From Ginkgo biloba (taxonomy: Eukaryota; Plantae; Ginkgophyta): 26,690 nt of DNA. A program made the translations under genes and the position numbers. The notes below the pieces were generated by a model that made no database searches, was not told where the DNA came from, and saw only the letters and a program-made list of their open reading frames with translations. The stretch lies in NCBI GenBank assembly GCA_024626585.2, contig JANKJI020000002.1, positions 248,521,851-248,548,540 on the forward strand. The letters are read 5' to 3'. This document shows, in pieces, positions 22,026-26,690 of this stretch (positions are counted from its first letter, which is position 1; every line of letters begins with the position of its first letter).

Positions 22026-24843
22026 ATAGCAGGACTTGCAATTATTAGAATAAAATGGTCAATTAGTTATTAGACTTAGGAAAATGTACTTTATGTTATG
22101 TTTTTAAGTTGAGTTGCTTTTCACTTAAGTCTTTTANNNNNNNNNNNNNNNNNNNNNNNNNNNNNNNNNNNNNNNNNNNNNNNNNNNNNNNNNNNNNNNN
22201 NNNNNNNNNNNNNNNNNNNNNNNNNNNNNNNNNNNNAGGTTGGGAAGGGGAGAACCCCCCTTGATCATGGATTATTGAAGTTATTGTATGATCATGAGAA
22301 GGATAATAATATATTAGTACTAGGCCCCTTTAGGGGTGGGTTCTCTAGGCTGAGCGAGACCCCTATCTCTAAAGCACAGTTGTTGTTGGGGCCTACCCCT
22401 ATTTCTCTAACGCCCAAATCTGGTGATACCATCTCAGATTCTGATGAGGGATTAAATAGCCAGGGTTTTTCACCCCCTTGGTTGGAAGAAAATAAGGTGG
22501 TGCCCAAAAAAGGAAGGTTCCCCCTCAAATTTTGGCTGCTAGCTTAGTAAAGTGTAGTCAGAGGTCATCTCGACTCCAAAAGAAGACAATTGATAAATCT
22601 AAAGTTATGGAATTTATAGAATCCTCATAGGAGGATCATAATGGTAGTGATGTTGGTAAGAAAATAGAGGGGGGATATTCATTCAAGGAGGTGGGGACTG
22701 GTCCCTTAGATAAAGGTCCAGGTAAGGATCTAGATGGCACTCAGAATCTTGTGGAGGAGCTAAAGTGTCACTTGAAATTTCTTAATGGTTTGGGGGGTTC
22801 TCTTCTAGTATCCGTGCATGAATTAATCTCCTGACTTAGGAGNNNNNNNNNNNNNNNNNNNNNNNNNNNNGGATATAAGTTCTACAAAGAACCAACAATA
22901 GCCCTCTGATAAGGAGAAGGAGAACTAGAGCTTGTAAGTTCAGTCTGTGGTTGTTGAATTTCATATTTTGGAGAATTACAGATGTGATTTTATGTGTTAT
23001 GTAGGTATGTAATCTACTTAGTGCAGTGTCTCCATTTTTGTAATGCTTCCTCCGATAGCAGAGTTGTAAAAGGTTTGGGGAATTTTCAGCACCCATTCTA
23101 TCCTAAAAAAAAAAAAAAAGACATGATCTAATACCAAATGATGTGCTCATTGGAAGAGATATTAAGGTAAACCTTCAATATGAAGAAGCGATGATCAAAT
23201 TTACAAGGGATAATCCTCTCTTTTTTACCATTGTAACCACTTCTACACCACCCATGACAACATATCCATATAAATAGTGTAGCTCTATCCCTATCTGCAA
23301 CTAATTTTAATGGGTAAATTTCTCTAATGTGTCTCTAAGAAAAAAAGATGAGGTGTTTCCTATGAGTGTTGTAGCTTTCCCTAACTACATTATCAGAGTT
23401 TTCCTACTTTTTATTCTTTACTCAAAGTTATCATTCTGTTTCATTCAATCCGAGCCGTCAATCTATTAAAGCTTTTTGCTATGTTAGATCATTTTTCTAA
23501 TTTTTTAAGCTTTATATATTTTTGTATTTTACTTTGATAGAACTTGAACTTTTGTTAAAATTCAACTAATTTATCCAACTTATAGAAACAAGATTTCAAC
23601 AATTTGTTATTGGATTTTGAAACATTCTTATATGGAGAGTATTAATTATTTCAGATTTTTGCTTTAACATCTAACATGGCACTAGATAACTCACCTTATA
23701 TGAGCTTTTGCTTTAACTTACATTAATTTAATTTGCATTTACAAACTTAGTCACTATATTGCAATTTCTCCTAACAAACTTTCCTCTTAGCCAAAAGCAC
23801 AGGACTTCAAACTTTTATAGAGCAAATTGGTTATATGGTTACTTAGGCTCCTCATCAAGGTCTCCTCCCCTTATATCATGTTGATAATTTTAGTCCTAGA
23901 TCTAGTTGTCCACCATAACTAATTCTTAGATAGATTGTATGGCTTTGCTTATGTTTATTTGATTTCATGCCACAATTAAATTGAAGTTGACTACCATCTT
24001 TTAGGATTGAATCTAAGCCAAAATCACCCATACTTCATTCTTTCATGCATGCATCCATCTAACTAACCAATTTGTTGATGATATGTCGGATTACCATTAG
24101 TATATCTAGATCAATAAGGTCCTTAATTTATTGTTACATTTTCATCTTAATGGACTGAAGATTGTCTATTATATCTACTTACTAGAATATATTTTAGTAG
24201 CTTTGGATATCCATCCTTCTAATGTCTGTCCTTTTAGAGTTAAGATTTTTTGTTGCATGCATTCATCTTTTTCCTAAGGCTCTATATCATTTATCTTTTT
24301 CAAATATTATTCTTCTTTTTGGTAATATTCAAAAATGTGGTCGACAAATCTATAATCTTTACATATCAAGCCCTTGTTATTCTGCATATATGGGCAATCT
24401 CGCAAGAGATGCCCCCACTTCAAACATCTCATACAACGTGAAGTTGGGCGTTGATTATTGTCGTTGGCTCCACGATAGTTGATGTTTCAGGAGGAATTCC
24501 CCCTGTAACCACCTTGTTGACATCTACCATGTGCCTACCCATTTTGACTATTGCAAAGGTTAAAACAACAATCCTTTGTGTCATGGGTCTTTGTCATAGA
24601 GAGTGCACCACTACTTTGTAGTGGCAGTTGGTTCAATTTGTTTTCATCGATTATGTTTCATCTTATTATCTTTCCACATCATGTTTTATCTCGAGTTTGA
24701 TCTTGCTTCGTGAGTTTTAATTTAGCAATTTCCACATATAACCTTTCAATTTTTGCATCTTTTTTATCAGTCTTCTCAACGTTCCTATTCATGCTCTAGT
24801 ATGGGTGAGGTAAATAATCTAGGGGAAAGTCCATTGGTTGAAC

Positions 24844-25015
24844 CTCATTAAATGCACCTTAGTAGCCCTAATATATGCAACTAGGGTTTAACATTAAATG
24901 TGGGTTGTATGTCTTCAATAAATTTGTCTAGATTTTCCATAAATGCCTTCATTTGATGTGTCTATCCTCTGCTCATTTAGTGCAACTTATTTTTAGTAAT
25001 AAATGTCCAGGTTGC
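24844..25015. repeat. Dispersed repeat with periodic AATAAATG subunits, copy 2 (LTR fragment)
   Basis: Aligns with 12647-12825. Confidence 0.72.
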
Positions 25016-26690
25016 GACATCGAAACCCATAAACATGCCATAATGTGTTTTCTAAGTTCACCTTCCTATGTAATAAATCATCCTTCATGATATTGTGTTT
25101 ATATCTTCCTTACTATATCCTCGAGTGGCTTGTTGATGTTGTAGTCTCTCCTTCTATCTGTTACTCCTATGAAGTAGGATTGTTCTCCAAAACCACTACT
25201 ATCTTCCCTATTTTTTTGTTTTGAACTTGATGGTTGATACGGTGATACATTCAAATCCTTCAACATTTAAATTTGGTTTTCAATGTTCCAATAGCTCTAG
25301 CAATGTCTCGATTTTGAAGCCCGAATGTTTGTTTCATTCTAATATTATTTCTTGTTTTGTTCTCCTCACTATTAGTTTGATATTGGGTGGCAGCACAAAA
25401 CTGAGTAATATGTGTTTGTATTATTGATCAAGCGTTTGTCTCAATTTGGACTAGTGGCCTGTCCAAGTTTCACTCTTTTGAGAAAAATTATTAATATATG
25501 GAGAAAAATACAATTTATTGTGCTACGTGCAAGACTTATCAAAGCTCTATTTCCATAATTGTGTATTTTCTTTCCCCTTCTTTTTCCACTTGGTTAGGCT
25601 TAAGCTCATCCTTGGAGTATGCGTGGAAAGTTCCATTATGATCTTGTCAATTCCCCATGCTCAGTGCTTGAGAAGAATCGGATTATTATCAAGGTGCATT
25701 CATGACCTTCTACCTACTTTCTCTTTTTATCATTCCATTTGCTTTTATGTTATTGTTGATGTAACATGGGTTCACTTTCACTTACAAGTTCTATGTGGTG
25801 TATCCAATTGGTTAATGAAACCTTACAAACATTTATTTATTAGTCAATTCATGTGTATTTTGCCCAAGGGTTATTATTTCCCAATCATACACAATTCAAG
25901 TATCTCCAAATCACTCAATAGACCAATTGCTAATCTCTACCCTAAACAATTCTCCCTCACTTTTTCCATCCATTGACTGGTGTGAGTGTCTATGATTATG
26001 TCTAACCCTATATGCATGTTTTGGATGCTCCACTCCAAAAGCAACAGTTTGTATGTCAACATATGCTCAAGCTATGTGCCAAACGCTAAAGCCACAAATT
26101 CAAGTAGAGCACGACAAGTATTAAGTCATGAAATAGAAGTGGCAACATGAAAGTGCACAATGACAGAACTTTGCTCGTGACAAGTATCTCTTAGAAAACA
26201 AGTTTGCTACACTTGGGTGATCGGTGCCACAAAAACAATTTGCACAAGTTTCATACATTTCCCCCCACCTGAAAACTCTAGCGCAGAAAAGCATTTCTTT
26301 GGATGTCCTACATAAACAGAAAACCCCCTAGCCAATTCAATGGACAAAAATCCAGGCGATGACTAAGGGAAGGGTGACAAAGGTGGCACAAAATAAGGAT
26401 CCTAAGCATAATAATTTGCCCCCGGTTCAACATCTTCTTTTATAGCAACAAATTGCTTAAGAGCAAACAGACTTGATTCATTCCAATGTTGGGGGATGTG
26501 AAGAATAACAAGGTTGCTACTATGAAGATGAAGATAGAGGCCTTATGCCATTGAGCTAGACACTTCCTATAGGCAAGGAAGGAGATGTCGAAAGTTCAAG
26601 ATTCAATACTTGTGGATTTTCCTAGGTTAGGGACTTCAGGGATTTTGATGGTGATATGAATAAAATCTATGTTGAAATAATGGATTTGAA

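Noticed and set aside
22237-22842. LINE ORF1-like C-terminal fragment (S/P-rich, KKGR motif)
   Set aside because: Low-complexity resemblance only; no zinc knuckle, endonuclease or RT motif seen.
25518-25976. 152-aa hydrophobic ORF as a membrane protein
   Set aside because: Its F/L/I/S bias is what a T-rich strand gives by chance; it has a non-ATG start and no motif.

Overview
AT-rich, gap-riddled eukaryotic DNA (many N runs, several exactly 100 nt and so of unknown size). It looks like repeat-dense sequence from a large non-angiosperm plant genome (gymnosperm-like; inferred, not proven). Most of the window is decayed LTR-retrotransposon material: one + strand Ty3/Gypsy pol remnant (5930-7731) and two related - strand Gypsy copies (about 13260-14383 and 19430-22025), plus LTR-like repeats. 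Two things stand out. (1) A disrupted, apparently intronless epsilon-tubulin fragment (9843-10574, -) lies between two ~260-bp direct repeats. Epsilon-tubulin is a centriole/basal-body tubulin that flowering plants lack. (2) A ~5-kb, less-decayed island (14451-19286) carries an uninterrupted PIF/Harbinger nuclease ORF closely resembling the ALP1 clade. It is preceded by a stop-riddled possible Myb/SANT partner ORF and has a candidate TAA-bounded left end. Its 3' part is lost in a gap. No rRNA, tRNA or CRISPR is supported. All homology calls are from motif recognition by eye.
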